This document shows positions 62,816 to 64,000 of a DNA stretch of 64,000 bases, piece by piece; within the stretch, counting starts at the first letter, position 1, and each line of letters opens with the position of its first letter. The notes under the pieces are model-generated. The model saw only the letters and a list, made by a program, of their open reading frames with translations, did not search any database and was not told the origin of the DNA. The stretch comes from Octopus sinensis. Lineage: Eukaryota. The translations under genes and the position numbers were made by a program. The stretch lies in contig NW_021834310.1 in NCBI RefSeq assembly GCF_006345805.1, forward strand, positions 40,595 to 104,594. The letters are read 5' to 3'.

Positions 62816-64000
62816 CAGTCCGACCTCGATTGGAACAGACCTCGGGGCTGGAACACCTCAGTTTTTGGAACAACCTCAGTTTTTGAACACTTTGTAGGAT
62901 CTCTGCCTAGAATAAATATTCCTTTTAAATGAAAACCTCGATTTGGAACAAAATTTATTATTATATTTATTTCTAGTCATTAATACAAATGAACATTACA
63001 AGCTTTAAAGAATCGAATGGTTAGTTAATGAATTTTAAAAAAAGACAATGAACTCAAATTCAAAATCCTTAGCGGCGAAAAAAACTCATGTAATCGTGAT
63101 GAATTCAATCATTTTTAAAAGTTTTCCATGAAAAAATTGATCAATTTGGAGAAAATAATATCTTTAAACATTGATGAAACTTGTCTTTTTATAAAAAAGA
63201 CCCCAAAAAATCATTCGTACAAAAAAATAAAAAAGCGTCAGGGTCTAAATAAATAAGGAAAAAATTTCTTTGCTCTTTTGCTGCAGTTATTCAGGCCAAA
63301 ATTTGATCCTTAATAATCGGGAAATTTAAAAATCCCAGATGTTTCAGAAATTTTAGCCCTGAGGATTATGGTGCTATGTACTCATCTTCCAAAAATGCCT
63401 AATGACAAGAGATATTTTTATTCAATGGTTATTCTTAGTGAATGAACGATGAAAATGGAAAAGAGAAAAATTTTTAATAATTCTTGATAACGCTTCGTCT
63501 CATGAAAATAAATCGCTCTCAAATATCGAATTGCTGTTTTTACCCAAAAATACAACTCCAATTCTTCAACCATTGGATAATGGGATAATCAAGTAAAATT
63601 CAAGAGCTTTAATTTTCAAAGGTAATATTAATTCTTAGCTGTTGTATAGCGTAATTGAATTTATTTGTTGTATAGATGAAGAATTTTTACTGCGACTTAC
63701 TTTAAAAAATTAATTTACGCCAATCATTAATAATAGTATCGAAATCGTGGCAAAATGTATCCTCCTAAATAATTACAAATTGTTGGGATAATACTTTCGG
63801 CAATGAAATATTTGTTGTTTCTGATAATCTGACAGATGATGTTATAGAACAAGTTGTAAACGAAGTGTTGAAAAATACGGAAAACAGCGATAATAAAGAA
63901 AATTTTTACAGTGGTATGCAAAATAAACAGACTACGGTCAAAGAAGTAGTAACAAAAGTGAATGAATTGGAAAATCAGTTCTAGCATAGCTCCAATTTTG
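62816..64000 (+). mobile_element. pogo/Tigger element (degenerate DDE transposase) inserted at TA
   Basis: TA|CAGTCCGACCTCG TIR. NIDET, LDNASSH and LQPLDNGII motifs. Absent at the sister site near 38687. Confidence 0.85.

Larger units (their letters stand above)
40355..64000 (+). repeat. Segmental duplication unit 2b (interrupted by a pogo element at 62816 that runs to the window end)
   Basis: Colinear with 21414-38690, plus extra insertions. Confidence 0.95.

Overview
This is AT-rich eukaryotic DNA, not prokaryotic, and almost all of it is transposable elements and two tandem segmental duplications. An ETS-domain gene points to an animal. Several GT-AG introns of only 23-26 nt suggest a reduced parasite such as a dicyemid or myxozoan (inference). 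Duplication 1: 2872-5778 and 7625-13893 both carry the ETS locus and are joined exactly by a hAT element (5779-7624) whose transposase has three tiny introns. Duplication 2: 21414-40354 and 40355 to the window end. It carries an SDR pseudogene, an orphan gene of about 230 aa, tail-to-tail CRE retrotransposons, a nested hAT>Merlin>R4/Dong stack, a MePCE/Bin3 5' fragment and a SPIN-type hAT. The two copies differ by clean insertions with empty sites in the sister copy: two Helitrons, a LINE fragment and a pogo element. Elements seen: CRE, R4/Dong, RTE, I/Jockey-like LINE, hAT (Buster, SPIN, CGGBP-like), Tc1, pogo/Tigger, Merlin and Helitron. Two long ORFs look intact: CRE (909 aa) and R4-like (1171 aa). 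No rRNA, tRNA or CRISPR was seen. Many single-base indels between the copies may be long-read consensus errors, so pseudogene calls are provisional. All family assignments are by motif recognition, without database searches.
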